Positions 29,673-38,925 of a stretch of DNA of 64,000 nt are shown one piece after another; the first letter of the stretch is position 1; the number at the start of each line of letters is the position of its first letter. A program made the position numbers and the translations under genes. The notes below the pieces were generated by a model. It saw nothing but the letters and a program-made list of their open reading frames with translations, was not told the origin of the DNA and searched no databases. This stretch comes from an uncultured delta proteobacterium (GTDB taxonomy: Bacteria > Desulfobacterota > Binatia > Binatales > Binataceae), in the NCBI GenBank assembly GCA_963711565.1, contig CAVQEQ010000001.1, forward strand, positions 320,001 to 384,000. Direction: 5' to 3'.

Positions 29673-30203
29673 ATGACAAGTCATACGATATCGGTTCTGG
29701 TTGAAAACGAATTCGGCGTGCTCGCTCGCGTGGCCGGACTCTTTTCAGGCCGCGGCTTTAACATTGAGTCCCTGACCGTCAACGAGGATCCGCTCGATCC
29801 GACGGTCTCGCGGATCGTGCTGGTCACCACCGGCGACGATCAGATCGTCGAGCAGATCAACAAGCAGCTCAACAAGCTCGTGTCGGTGATCAAGATTACC
29901 GACTTCAAGGACGTCGAGACGATCGATCGCGAGATGGTGATCGTCAGGGTCTCGGTGGATGAGCGCACGCGCTCCGAGCTGGACTCGATCGTCAACGCAT
30001 ATCGCGCCCACGTAATCGACATAGGCCCGCGCGCCATCACCGTCGAGCTCACCGGCAACTCCGAAAAAATCAAGGCGTTCATCGCGATCGTGCGTCCGCT
30101 CGGAATCAAGGAAGTGGTGCGCTCGGGCAAAGTCGCGATGGCGCGCGCGGTCCAGCTCAACCACGACAATCATCACGGTCGCCGGACGCGCGAAGCTGAA
30201 TAG
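29673..30203 (+). CDS. ilvN: Acetolactate synthase small subunit
   Basis: HTISVLVENEFGVLARVAGLFSGRGFNIESL, EQINKQLNKL. Confidence 0.96.
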   Translation: MTSHTISVLVENEFGVLARVAGLFSGRGFNIESLTVNEDPLDPTVSRIVLVTTGDDQIVEQINKQLNKLVSVIKITDFKDVETIDREMVIVRVSVDERTRSELDSIVNAYRAHVIDIGPRAITVELTGNSEKIKAFIAIVRPLGIKEVVRSGKVAMARAVQLNHDNHHGRRTREAE

Positions 30204-30236
30204 TCTGACAGCGAGAAAATTCGGGAGAACATTCAA

Positions 30237-31253
30237 ATGAAGGTTTACTACGACCGCGACGCGGACCTGTCCGCGCTCAAAGGCAAAAAAATCGCGGTCA
30301 TTGGCTTTGGAAGCCAGGGGCATGCGCATGCGCTGAATCTACGCGACAGCGGAATGGATGTATGCGTGGGGCTCGGCGCGAAATCAACGTCGCGCGAAAA
30401 GGCCGCCAAGCAGGGCCTCCAGGTCTTCGACACCGCCGAAGCGGCCAAGCGCGCCGACGTGATCATGGTGCTGGTACCGGACGAGATGGGCTCCGAGATT
30501 TACGAGGCCGAGATCAAGCCGCATCTCACCAAGGGCAAGTACCTGGCGTTCGGTCACGGCTTCAATATCCATTTTAAATTCATCAAGCCGCCTGCCGACG
30601 TCAATGTTTTCATGATCGCGCCGAAAGGCCCCGGCCATCTCGTGCGATCCGAATACACCAAGGGCCGCGGCGTGCCGTGCCTGCTCGCAGTCGAGCAGGA
30701 TCCCTCGGGCGACACCACCAAGGTTGGGCTCGCGTACGGCAGCGCGATAGGCGGCGGCCGCGCGGCGATTATCGAAACCTCCTTCAGGGAGGAAACCGAA
30801 ACCGACTTGTTCGGCGAGCAATCAGTACTGTGCGGCGGCCTAACCGAGCTGATCCGCGCCGGTTACGAAACGCTGGTCGAGGCCGGCTACGCGCCCGAGA
30901 TGGCGTACTTCGAGACGCTGCACGAAGTGAAGTTGATCGTGGACCTGATCTACGAGGGCGGTATCTCGAACATGCGCTACTCGATCAGCAACACGGCCGA
31001 GTACGGCGACATGACGCGCGGCACCAAGGTCATCGGCAAGGATTCGCGCGCGGCGATGAAGCAGATCCTCGCGGACATCCAGTCGGGCAAGTTCGCCAAC
31101 GAATGGATCGGCGACTACAAGGCCGGGCTGCCGCGCTTCCGCGAACTGCGGAAGGAAGCGGAGAAGCATCCCGTCGAAGAAGTCGGGCGCAAGCTGCGCG
31201 CGTTCATGCCGTGGCTCGCGAGCGATCGCCTGGTCGATAAGTCGAGAAACTAG
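30237..31253 (+). CDS. ilvC: Ketol-acid reductoisomerase
   Basis: [41 protein letters not shown]. Confidence 0.98.
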   Translation: MKVYYDRDADLSALKGKKIAVIGFGSQGHAHALNLRDSGMDVCVGLGAKSTSREKAAKQGLQVFDTAEAAKRADVIMVLVPDEMGSEIYEAEIKPHLTKGKYLAFGHGFNIHFKFIKPPADVNVFMIAPKGPGHLVRSEYTKGRGVPCLLAVEQDPSGDTTKVGLAYGSAIGGGRAAIIETSFREETETDLFGEQSVLCGGLTELIRAGYETLVEAGYAPEMAYFETLHEVKLIVDLIYEGGISNMRYSISNTAEYGDMTRGTKVIGKDSRAAMKQILADIQSGKFANEWIGDYKAGLPRFRELRKEAEKHPVEEVGRKLRAFMPWLASDRLVDKSRN

Positions 31254-31259
31254 ACCCAG

Positions 31260-31958
31260 GTGGCGGGCGAGACTGACAGCGGGCGCCCGGCACCGGACGC
31301 CGTCCTCGCGCGCATCGCGGGTGTGATCGGAATTGCGACCGAGGGCGTGGCACTGTCGCTCGGTTTGGCTATCTTCGGAATCATCTTGATCGCGCTCCGC
31401 CTCGATTCGAGTGGCGCGATCCTCATAATCCTCTCAATCCCGATTGCGCTTTTCTTTCGCGATCCCGATCGCTATCCGGCGCGTGCCGAAGGCGTCGTAA
31501 TTTCGGGCGCCGACGGCAAAGTCACCGACATCTCAGACGTTTCTTTTCCCGGCTCGACCGGAAAGTCTTGTCATCGCGTGTCGGTGTTCATGTCGCCGCT
31601 CAACGTGCACGTCAACCGCGCGCCGGTCGGCGGCGAAGTCACGACGGTCGAGCATACGGCGGGTGAATTCCGCGCCGCATTTCGCGACGACGCCAGCGAG
31701 CACAACGAACGCAACCTGATCGCGATGACCGACGCCTCGGGCCGCATGTTCGCGATGATGCAGGTGGCTGGATACCTCGCGCGGCGGATAGTTTGCCGGC
31801 TCCGCGCGCGTGATAGAATACAGCCCGGGCAGCGAATTGGCCTGATTATGTTCGGCAGCCGCGTCGATCACTTTTTTCCGTCAGAGTACCGGGTCACCGT
31901 GTCGCTCGGGCAACGCGTGCGCGCCGGAGAATCAATCATCGGAGCAATCGAGCCATGA
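31260..31958 (+). CDS. psd: Phosphatidylserine decarboxylase proenzyme
   Basis: [34 protein letters not shown] autocleavage motif. Confidence 0.95.
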   Translation: MAGETDSGRPAPDAVLARIAGVIGIATEGVALSLGLAIFGIILIALRLDSSGAILIILSIPIALFFRDPDRYPARAEGVVISGADGKVTDISDVSFPGSTGKSCHRVSVFMSPLNVHVNRAPVGGEVTTVEHTAGEFRAAFRDDASEHNERNLIAMTDASGRMFAMMQVAGYLARRIVCRLRARDRIQPGQRIGLIMFGSRVDHFFPSEYRVTVSLGQRVRAGESIIGAIEP

Positions 31959-32872
31959 GCCGCAATTCCCGCCGCTCGCGCGAAGCGCGCTTGCGGATAG
32001 CACTGTATTCGGATCAAAGTGGCGAGCCGGAGATCAAAGCGGACGGCCCGCTGCGCCGCGGCGTTTTTCTGCTGCCCGCGACGATCACCTCGATCGGCCT
32101 GCTCGCCGGGTTCTACTCGATGGTCTCCGCAGTCACCGGCCATTTCGAGGTCGCCGCCGTGATGATCGTGATCGCGTTCATCTGCGACGGACTCGACGGG
32201 CGGGTCGCACGCGCGTCGCGCACCTCGAGCCAGTTCGGCGTCGAGTACGACAGCCTGTCCGACGTGGTCGCGTTCGGCGTCGCACCGGCGATGCTGGCGT
32301 ATTCATGGGCGCTGAAACCAATCGGTTCGTTTGGAATCGGCGTCACCGGACTCTTCGTGATGTGCGCGGCGTTGCGCCTGGCGCGCTTCAACGTGCAGAC
32401 CGCGACCGCGGACAAGAGCCGCTTCGTCGGCCTGCCGGTGCCGGGAGCAGCCGCGATGATGGCGGGACTGGTGCTCGCGTACAGCTACTTCGAACTCGAT
32501 TCGCCGCGCACGCTATGCACCATCATGGTGCCGATCACGCTCGCCCTCGGCGGCCTGATGATCTCGCGCGTCCCCTACCCGAGCTTCAAAACGATGAAGC
32601 TCGAAAAGCGCGCGCAGGTCGAACTCGTGATCATCATGATGGTCGCGGCCGCGATGCTCTTCGCGATGCCTCAGCTCACCGCCTTCCTGCTCTCGACCGC
32701 GTACGTGCTGTCGGGCCCGTGGCTGATGCTCCGCGGCGAACGGCTGAGCGCCAAGGTCTCGGTACTGCGCCCGGTCGCGGGCAAATCCCACGACGCCAAC
32801 GGCGCCGCGCCGCCAGCCGACAGTGCTCGAAGCACCCGTAGCCTCCGCGACCATCAGCCCGCGCAGCGCTAG
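31955..32872 (+). CDS. pssA: CDP-diacylglycerol--serine O-phosphatidyltransferase
   Basis: DGLDGRVAR...FG.EYDSLSD.VAFG.AP, LRLARFN, F.GLP.P. Confidence 0.95.
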   Translation: MSRNSRRSREARLRIALYSDQSGEPEIKADGPLRRGVFLLPATITSIGLLAGFYSMVSAVTGHFEVAAVMIVIAFICDGLDGRVARASRTSSQFGVEYDSLSDVVAFGVAPAMLAYSWALKPIGSFGIGVTGLFVMCAALRLARFNVQTATADKSRFVGLPVPGAAAMMAGLVLAYSYFELDSPRTLCTIMVPITLALGGLMISRVPYPSFKTMKLEKRAQVELVIIMMVAAAMLFAMPQLTAFLLSTAYVLSGPWLMLRGERLSAKVSVLRPVAGKSHDANGAAPPADSARSTRSLRDHQPAQR

Positions 32873-32885
32873 CGCCATCAGTACG

Positions 32886-32917
32886 AAGGCCGGACACTTG
32901 TTCCGGCCTTTTGCTTT
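32886..32917 (+). terminator. Intrinsic terminator after pssA
   Basis: AAGGCCGGA/TCCGGCCTT stem followed by TTGCTTT. Confidence 0.75.
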
Positions 32918-32936
32918 CTGGTAAACAGCATGTCGT

Positions 32937-33203
32937 ATGAAGCCTCAGTCGGTTTCACTAACAGTTGCCAACTGCTGCCTAGTCGGAGTCGGACTGTTTA
33001 TCTTTACTATGTTGTCAGCTTGCAGTTCAGGCGAGAATCAAACTGACAAGCAGGCCGCGATGGCGCGTATGACCTACTCGCCCGAGAAATGCGAACAGGT
33101 CGGCGCAGTTTATTACACGTGCAGCGGCGATCACTCGCTGCCTGATGCGGACGCGGGCATGATCGACTCCGGCAAGTCGAACGACACGCGGCTGCTCCGC
33201 TGA
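32937..33203 (+). CDS. Small predicted lipoprotein
   Basis: Hydrophobic N-terminus with LSAC lipobox, two further Cys; lower GC. Confidence 0.55.
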   Translation: MKPQSVSLTVANCCLVGVGLFIFTMLSACSSGENQTDKQAAMARMTYSPEKCEQVGAVYYTCSGDHSLPDADAGMIDSGKSNDTRLLR

Positions 33204-33332
33204 GTCTGTCCGGCTGGTTCTCACTATGAAAAGGGCAATGGCTGTCAGAAAGACTGAGCATCCAACCCCGAATTAAGACAGCCCGAGCCGTTGGTAGTGC
33301 CCTAAGGACACTACCGAGCCGTTGTCTCGGCC

Positions 33333-33362
33333 TTGACTGACATCTCCGAGGCCGCTTAGAAT
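33333..33362 (+). promoter_or_regulatory. sigma70 promoter of the leuA leader
   Basis: TTGACT-18 nt-TAGAAT, 9 nt before the leader ATG. Confidence 0.7.
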
Positions 33363-33371
33363 CCGTACAGT

Positions 33372-33455
33372 ATGTTTTCCAACCTGCTACCGGAGCTGCT
33401 GCTTAGCCTGGCCCTTACAAGGGCCCACGCCAGGCGCGCGTCCGGACAGGTTTAA
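33372..33455 (+). CDS. Leucine-rich leader peptide MFSNLLPELLLSLALTRAHARRASGQV
   Basis: 27 codons with 7 Leu in codons 5-15 (CTG CTA CTG CTG CTT CTG CTT); lies between the promoter and a terminator upstream of leuA. Confidence 0.8.
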   Translation: MFSNLLPELLLSLALTRAHARRASGQV

Positions 33456-33477
33456 AGGCCTGATTAAACTGAGACAC

Positions 33478-33532
33478 ACGCCCCGGGCAGTGGGCCGATC
33501 GAAGCCGCCCGGGGCGTTTTCTTTTTCTTTTT
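33478..33532 (+). terminator. Attenuator terminator upstream of leuA
   Basis: ACGCCCCGGGC/GCCCGGGGCGT stem followed by TTTCTTTTTCTTTTT. Confidence 0.85.
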
Positions 33533-33587
33533 CAGTGCTCCCGGTGGACGATTGGCACGCTGATCCCGCGGCGATGATGCGGGAGGA

Positions 33588-35165
33588 ATGACGATGGCAC
33601 ACGCGAACACGGCTGCGCACGACGACAAGGATTACGTCCGAATTTTCGACACCACGCTGCGCGACGGCGAGCAATCGCCCGGATGCACGATGAACGTCGA
33701 GGAGAAGATCGCACTGGCGCGCCAGCTCGAACGGCTGAACGTCGATATCATCGAAGCCGGCTTTGCCGTCTCTTCGCCCGGCGACTTCGAGTCGATTAGT
33801 CGCGTCGCGCAGGCAGTCACCGATCCGGTGGTGCTCAGCCTGTCGCGTACGGGCGAGCAGGACGTGGATTCGGCGCTGCGCGCAGTCAACAAGGCCGCGC
33901 ATCCCGGGATTCACATTTTCATCGCGACCTCGGATATCCATCTCAAGTACAAACTCAACATGAATCGCGAGGATGTGCTCGACGCCGCGACGTGGGCGGT
34001 CACGCGCGCGAAGCGCCATCTCGACTATATCGAGTTCTCGTGCGAGGACGCGTCGCGCTCCGACTGGGACTACATGGTCAACGTCTGCAGCGAAGTGATT
34101 CGCGCGGGCGCTACGGTGATCAATCTGCCGGACACCACCGGTCACGCGATCCCTGAGGAGTTGGGACGGATGTTCGCGTACATGCGCGAAAAGGTTCCCG
34201 GCGCCGACAAAGTTATCTGGAGTGCCCATTGTCACAACGATCTCGGGCTGGCGGTCGCGAACTCGCTGGCGGCGGTACGCAACGGCGCGCGCCAGATCGA
34301 ATGCACGATCAACGGAATCGGCGAGCGCGCAGGCAACTGCTCGATGGAAGAAGTCGTGATGGCGATGAAGACGCGCCACGACCTGATGGGCGTCGGTTCG
34401 CGCGTCAACACCCGCCAGATCTATCCGGCCTCGCGCCTGCTCTCGCAGGTGATCGGACAGTCGGTGCCGGCCAACAAGCCAATCGTCGGCGACAACGCCT
34501 TCGCGCACGAAGCCGGAATCCATCAGGACGGCGTGCTCAAGTACAAGCTGACGTACGAGATCATGAAGCCCGAGGATATCGGCATCCCGTCGAACAAGCT
34601 GGTGCTGGGCAAGCACTCGGGGCGTCACGCTTTCACGAACAGGCTGACAGAACTTGGTGTCGATATCGACAACGTCAACGTGAACAAGGCCTTCGCCGAA
34701 TTCAAGGCGCTCTGCGATAAGAAGAAAATTGTGTACGACGACGACATCCTGGCGCTGGTCACCGAGAGCGCGCGGCGGACGGTCGATCACTTCGAGCTGG
34801 TCGATTTGAAAGTCGGCTCGTCCAGCAAGAGCACGCCGCACGCGGAAGTGACGATGCGCGTCGAAGGAAAAGAGTGCTCGGCCGAGGGCGAAGGCGACGG
34901 GATGGTGGACGCGTGCTACAAAGCGATCTACAAAATCGCCGCAATCAGTCCGACCCTGGAGCGCTATGCGGTGAAGGCTATAACCGGCGGCACCGACGCG
35001 CTTGGCGAGGTGAGCTGCATGATCCGAGAAAACGGCGTGACCGTCGCCGGCCAGGGAGCGCATAGCGACATTGTCATGGCCAGTGCGCTCGCGCTGGTAA
35101 ACGCGCTCAACCGGCTGAAGGCGCGCAAGCACGCCCCGCTCAAGCCGACTAGCGACGTGCGGTGA
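33588..35165 (+). CDS. leuA: 2-isopropylmalate synthase
   Basis: IFDTTLRDGEQSPG, HCHNDLGLAVANSL, GERAGN, AFAHEAGIHQDG, regulatory domain G.G.VDA. Confidence 0.98.
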   Translation: MTMAHANTAAHDDKDYVRIFDTTLRDGEQSPGCTMNVEEKIALARQLERLNVDIIEAGFAVSSPGDFESISRVAQAVTDPVVLSLSRTGEQDVDSALRAVNKAAHPGIHIFIATSDIHLKYKLNMNREDVLDAATWAVTRAKRHLDYIEFSCEDASRSDWDYMVNVCSEVIRAGATVINLPDTTGHAIPEELGRMFAYMREKVPGADKVIWSAHCHNDLGLAVANSLAAVRNGARQIECTINGIGERAGNCSMEEVVMAMKTRHDLMGVGSRVNTRQIYPASRLLSQVIGQSVPANKPIVGDNAFAHEAGIHQDGVLKYKLTYEIMKPEDIGIPSNKLVLGKHSGRHAFTNRLTELGVDIDNVNVNKAFAEFKALCDKKKIVYDDDILALVTESARRTVDHFELVDLKVGSSSKSTPHAEVTMRVEGKECSAEGEGDGMVDACYKAIYKIAAISPTLERYAVKAITGGTDALGEVSCMIRENGVTVAGQGAHSDIVMASALALVNALNRLKARKHAPLKPTSDVR

Positions 35166-35408
35166 GCCGCGACGGGGCTTGCCGCAACATCATAGTTGGG
35201 CTAGTGCTTTGAGGGCTTGAGTTTGAACTTGAATTCGGTCTTCACCCTGCGCGATGTGCGGTTACCTGCGGCTCCTGCCGTGGTGGCGAGGTTTGCCACA
35301 GCGCCATCGCGTCCATCTGCGCTCCTAATTTTCGAGGCTATACACTGACGGGTCGAGACTGTTTGACGCTCCTCCCGATCATTCACGTCCAGCGTTCAGC
35401 GCTTTCGC

Positions 35409-36524
35409 ATGGCCTATAAAATTCTAGTTCTGAAAGGTGACGGCATCGGCCCCGAGGTCGTCGGCGAGGCGCTGCAGGTTCTCAAGATCATCGCGCGCCG
35501 ATCCGCTGTCGATCTCGAGTTCAAGGAGGGCATGATCGGCGGTCATGCGCTCGACACCGCCGGCACTCCGCTGCCCGACGAAGTGCTCAAGCACGCGCAG
35601 GACAGCGACGCGATCCTGCTCGGCGCCGTCGGAGGACCAAAGTGGGACAAGCCCAACGCGGAGAAGCGTCCCGAGCAGGCGCTGCTTGGACTCCGAAAAG
35701 CATTGGGGTTGTTCGCCAACATCCGCCCCGTCAAAACCGTCAAAGAACTCATGGCGGCGTCGCCGCTGAAGGCCGAAGTGATCGGCGGCGTCAACGTGGT
35801 GATCATTCGCGAGCTGACCGGCGGCATTTACTACGGCAAGCCGAGCGAAAAGCGCGCAGCGAAAGAAGGCCGCGAGGCGGTCGATACCTGCTTCTACACC
35901 GAAGCCGAGATTGCCCGCGTGCTCAAGTTTGGTTTCGAGCTGGCGCGCGACCGCCGAAAAAAACTGACCTCGGTCAACAAGGCTAACGTGCTCGCTACCT
36001 CCCGCTTGTGGCGCGAGATAGCAACCGAGCTGAGCGCGCAGTTCAAGGACGTCGCGTTCGAGAATCAGCTGGTCGATTCGATGGCGATGCATCTGATACG
36101 CCGCCCCAAGGACTTCGACGTGGTCGTCACCGAGAACATGTTCGGCGACATCCTGACCGACGAGGCCTCGGTGCTCGCCGGTTCGATGGGTCTGTTGCCG
36201 TCGGCGTCGCTCGGCGAGGAGCTCAACAGCGCAGGGTTCCGCGTCGGGCTCTACGAGCCGATTCACGGCAGCGCACCGGATATCGCGGGCCGCGACGAAG
36301 CCAACCCGCTGGCGGCAATCCTGTCGGCCGCGATGCTGCTCGAGCATTCGCTCGGGATGCGATCCGAGGCCGAGCTGATTTCGCAGGCCGTCGATTCGGT
36401 CGTGCGCGACGGCTATCGCACTCGCGACCTTCACGGCGGCGCCGGCACGCAAACCGTCGGATGCAAGGCGATGGGGCGGCTGGTACGCGAAAAAATCGAC
36501 AGCAGCGAAAGCGAAGGCGAATGA
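35409..36524 (+). CDS. leuB: 3-isopropylmalate dehydrogenase
   Basis: GDGIGPEV, RELTGGIY, NMFGDILTDE, EPIHGSAPDIAG. Confidence 0.98.
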   Translation: MAYKILVLKGDGIGPEVVGEALQVLKIIARRSAVDLEFKEGMIGGHALDTAGTPLPDEVLKHAQDSDAILLGAVGGPKWDKPNAEKRPEQALLGLRKALGLFANIRPVKTVKELMAASPLKAEVIGGVNVVIIRELTGGIYYGKPSEKRAAKEGREAVDTCFYTEAEIARVLKFGFELARDRRKKLTSVNKANVLATSRLWREIATELSAQFKDVAFENQLVDSMAMHLIRRPKDFDVVVTENMFGDILTDEASVLAGSMGLLPSASLGEELNSAGFRVGLYEPIHGSAPDIAGRDEANPLAAILSAAMLLEHSLGMRSEAELISQAVDSVVRDGYRTRDLHGGAGTQTVGCKAMGRLVREKIDSSESEGE

Positions 36525-37507
36525 GTACGACCCGCGAGCCGAGAGTGGCGGTTGTCGGCGCCACCGGCGCGGTCGGCAACCAGCTAATCGAACTGATCGC
36601 CGCGCGCGGCTTCCAGCTCAGCGAACTGAAACTATTCGCGACCGAAGCAGGCGCGATGCAGACTGTTGACGCGGCTGGCGAGGAGCGCCTCGTCGATGCG
36701 CTCGAGAATCCCGGCGACCTTCGCGATTTCGATATCGCGTTCCTGGCAATCCCCGCTCCGCGCGCCGCCGAAATCATCGCCGCGCAGCCGGGCCCCATTC
36801 TCCTCGATCTCAGCGCGGCGAATCGCCCGCCCACGGATGTGCCGATGGTCGCGCCCGGGCTCACTTCGCGCGAGTCGTTCGCGCAATTGCGCAAGGCGAA
36901 GGTCTTCGCGACGCCTCATCCCGCCGCCCACGTGCTTGCCACCTGTCTCAAAGCGCTCGGCGCCAATAGCGGATTCGTTGCCGCGACCGCGATGCTAGGC
37001 GCGAGCGCCGGCGGCATGGAGATGCTGACCGCTACCGTCGATCAGACCACGGATCTTTTAAGCGCGCGCCTCGAGCTCGACGACGATGAAGTACAGCGCG
37101 GCTTCAACGCCTTCATACGCGAGCATGAGCGCTCGGTCGCGAATGCAATCGCCGCGCAGATCGGAAAGCTGCTCGACAAGGCGCCGCCGCTGTCCGTGCA
37201 GGTCGCCGCAATTCCCGTCCTCCACGGTTCCGCGTTGACGGTCGATATCCAGCGGCCGCGCGCCATCAAAGGCAACGGCGAAGACGCGGTCGAGCTGCTG
37301 CGCGTCGCGCCCGGTATTCTAATCGCCGAGGAAGGCGAGCCGCTCGGCGTGATCGATGCTGTCGGCCAGGAGGCAATCGTCGTCAGTGTCGAGACACGCG
37401 CGGACTCGCTGTCGCTATGGTGCGTGTTCGACAACACGCGCCTGGCGGCTCTGGGAGCGCTCTGGATCGCCGAGACGATGGCGCTCAGCTCGCCGACGCT
37501 GGCCTGA
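36521..37507 (+). CDS. Aspartate-semialdehyde dehydrogenase-like (Usg-like) protein, catalytic residues absent
   Basis: VAVVGATGAVG Rossmann motif and C-terminal W.V.DN.R; leuB-x-truA context; the NPNC motif reads TPHP. Confidence 0.8.
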   Translation: MSTTREPRVAVVGATGAVGNQLIELIAARGFQLSELKLFATEAGAMQTVDAAGEERLVDALENPGDLRDFDIAFLAIPAPRAAEIIAAQPGPILLDLSAANRPPTDVPMVAPGLTSRESFAQLRKAKVFATPHPAAHVLATCLKALGANSGFVAATAMLGASAGGMEMLTATVDQTTDLLSARLELDDDEVQRGFNAFIREHERSVANAIAAQIGKLLDKAPPLSVQVAAIPVLHGSALTVDIQRPRAIKGNGEDAVELLRVAPGILIAEEGEPLGVIDAVGQEAIVVSVETRADSLSLWCVFDNTRLAALGALWIAETMALSSPTLA

Positions 37508-37523
37508 TCCGGCGCGCGATCCC

Positions 37524-38255
37524 ATGGTCCTCAAGCTCACCATCGAGTACGACGGTGCCAACTATTCCGGATGGCAGCTTCAGCCGCGCCACGATTCGAT
37601 CCAGGGCAGAATCGAGGCCGCGCTCGAGCGGATTTTCGCGGCGCCGATTCGCGTGTTCGGGTCGGGCCGCACCGATGCAGGCGTGCATGCGCGGGGGCAG
37701 GTCGCTTCGATTTCGATTCCGCGCCTCTTCGACCCGGCAGACTTGCAACGCGCGCTCAACTCGATTCTGCCTGCCGACATCGTCGTGATCGACATTTCGC
37801 CCGCGCCTGACGACTTCGATCCGCGCCGCGCGGCGCACTCGCGCGTGTACGAATATCGCGTACTTAATCGTAAAATCGCCTCCGCCTTCGAGTACCGCTA
37901 CAGCTGGCTGGTCCGCGACCAACTCGATCTCGGCGCGATGAACCGCGCCGCGCGCATTTTTGTCGGCGAGCACGATTTCGCCGCGTTCCGTTCGCTCGGC
38001 ACTGAAGTGAGGACCACGATACGCCGCGTGATCTCAAGCGAGTGGACGCGCGACGCCGACGTTTTGCTGTACCGCGTCGAGGCGAACAGTTTTCTGCGCC
38101 ATATGGTGCGCGCGATGGTCGCGGCGATGGTGGACGTGGGACGGGGCAAGCTCGCGGCCGAGCAAGTCGCCACGATTCTCGACGGACGCGATCGTCATGA
38201 GGGGCCAGCCAACGCGCCGCCCGGCGGTCTGTACCTGGTCGAAGTCCGCTACTGA
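37524..38255 (+). CDS. truA: tRNA pseudouridine(38-40) synthase
   Basis: YDGANYSGWQ.Q, SGRTDAGVHA.GQV, GEHDF.AF, FLRHMVR, AP..GLYL..V.Y. Confidence 0.97.
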   Translation: MVLKLTIEYDGANYSGWQLQPRHDSIQGRIEAALERIFAAPIRVFGSGRTDAGVHARGQVASISIPRLFDPADLQRALNSILPADIVVIDISPAPDDFDPRRAAHSRVYEYRVLNRKIASAFEYRYSWLVRDQLDLGAMNRAARIFVGEHDFAAFRSLGTEVRTTIRRVISSEWTRDADVLLYRVEANSFLRHMVRAMVAAMVDVGRGKLAAEQVATILDGRDRHEGPANAPPGGLYLVEVRY

Positions 38256-38450
38256 CAGCGAGATCGCGCGGGTTGCACAAATCCTCGACGCAAACCCCTT
38301 GGGGCTGAATGCGAAGGCGACGAGCCTGTGCAAAAACCATCACGATCCCTAGAAAAAATCGCGATTTTCACGCGGTCCGCTCTTGAAATTTCCGCGCTAC
38401 TCGTTCACCCTCACCTGAAGCCCGAAACCCGGGACGCAAGGAGGAGGATG

Positions 38451-38732
38451 ATGACTCAGTCGCAGGTAGCAGCCTACATGGCTGAAAAGCTCGGACTCAC
38501 CAAGAAGCAAGGGAAGACCGTGCTCGAGGAACTCAACGCATTGGTCGTCCGCGAGCTCAAGAAGGAGGGATCGCTGCGGCTGGCCGGCCTCGGGATCTTC
38601 CGCAAGCGCAAGACCAAGGCGCGGATGGGCCGCAATCCGGCCACCGGTCAGGAGATCAAGATTCCGGCGCGCACCCGGCTTCGCTTCACCGCCGCCAAGG
38701 CGTTGAAGGACTCGGTTCTCGGCACGAAATAA
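38451..38732 (+). CDS. HU-family DNA-binding protein
   Basis: GLGIF, KARMGRNPATGQEIKIPA, F.AAKALKD; GGAGGAGG RBS. Confidence 0.93.
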   Translation: MTQSQVAAYMAEKLGLTKKQGKTVLEELNALVVRELKKEGSLRLAGLGIFRKRKTKARMGRNPATGQEIKIPARTRLRFTAAKALKDSVLGTK

Positions 38733-38751
38733 TCTCCTGCCTGATTCTTGT

Positions 38752-38795
38752 GAACCGCGGGAACGGATTGGCTCCGGCTCCCGCGGTTCGCTTTT
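38752..38795 (+). terminator. Intrinsic terminator after HU
   Basis: GAACCGCGGGA/TCCCGCGGTTC stem followed by GCTTTT. Confidence 0.65.
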
Positions 38796-38925
38796 AAGGA
38801 GCGCTGCGCGATTTCGGAACCGGTACCGGCTTCGCTGGGCGCGAAGCTGTCCGAGCTCTCTTCGACAGGCTCAGGGCAGGCTCTTCCTGCCGCTTGCGAT
38901 GCTCGCTGCGTCAGGATGATAGCGG

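Noticed and set aside
4088-35132. Long antisense ORFs (e.g. 4088-5533, 10203-11780, 15416-17389, 19640-20695, 33387-35132)
   Set aside because: Shadows of well-supported genes on the other strand; expected in GC-rich DNA and without recognisable motifs.
35201-35386. 61-aa minus-strand ORF between leuA and leuB
   Set aside because: No RBS or recognisable motif; likely a chance ORF in the intergenic region.
351-37523. N-terminal extensions in the ORF track (351, 1952, 3905, 9266, 14010, 22490, 36008, 37356) as fusions or overlaps
   Set aside because: They overlap upstream genes and have low-complexity Arg-rich translations; downstream starts fit the family N-termini.
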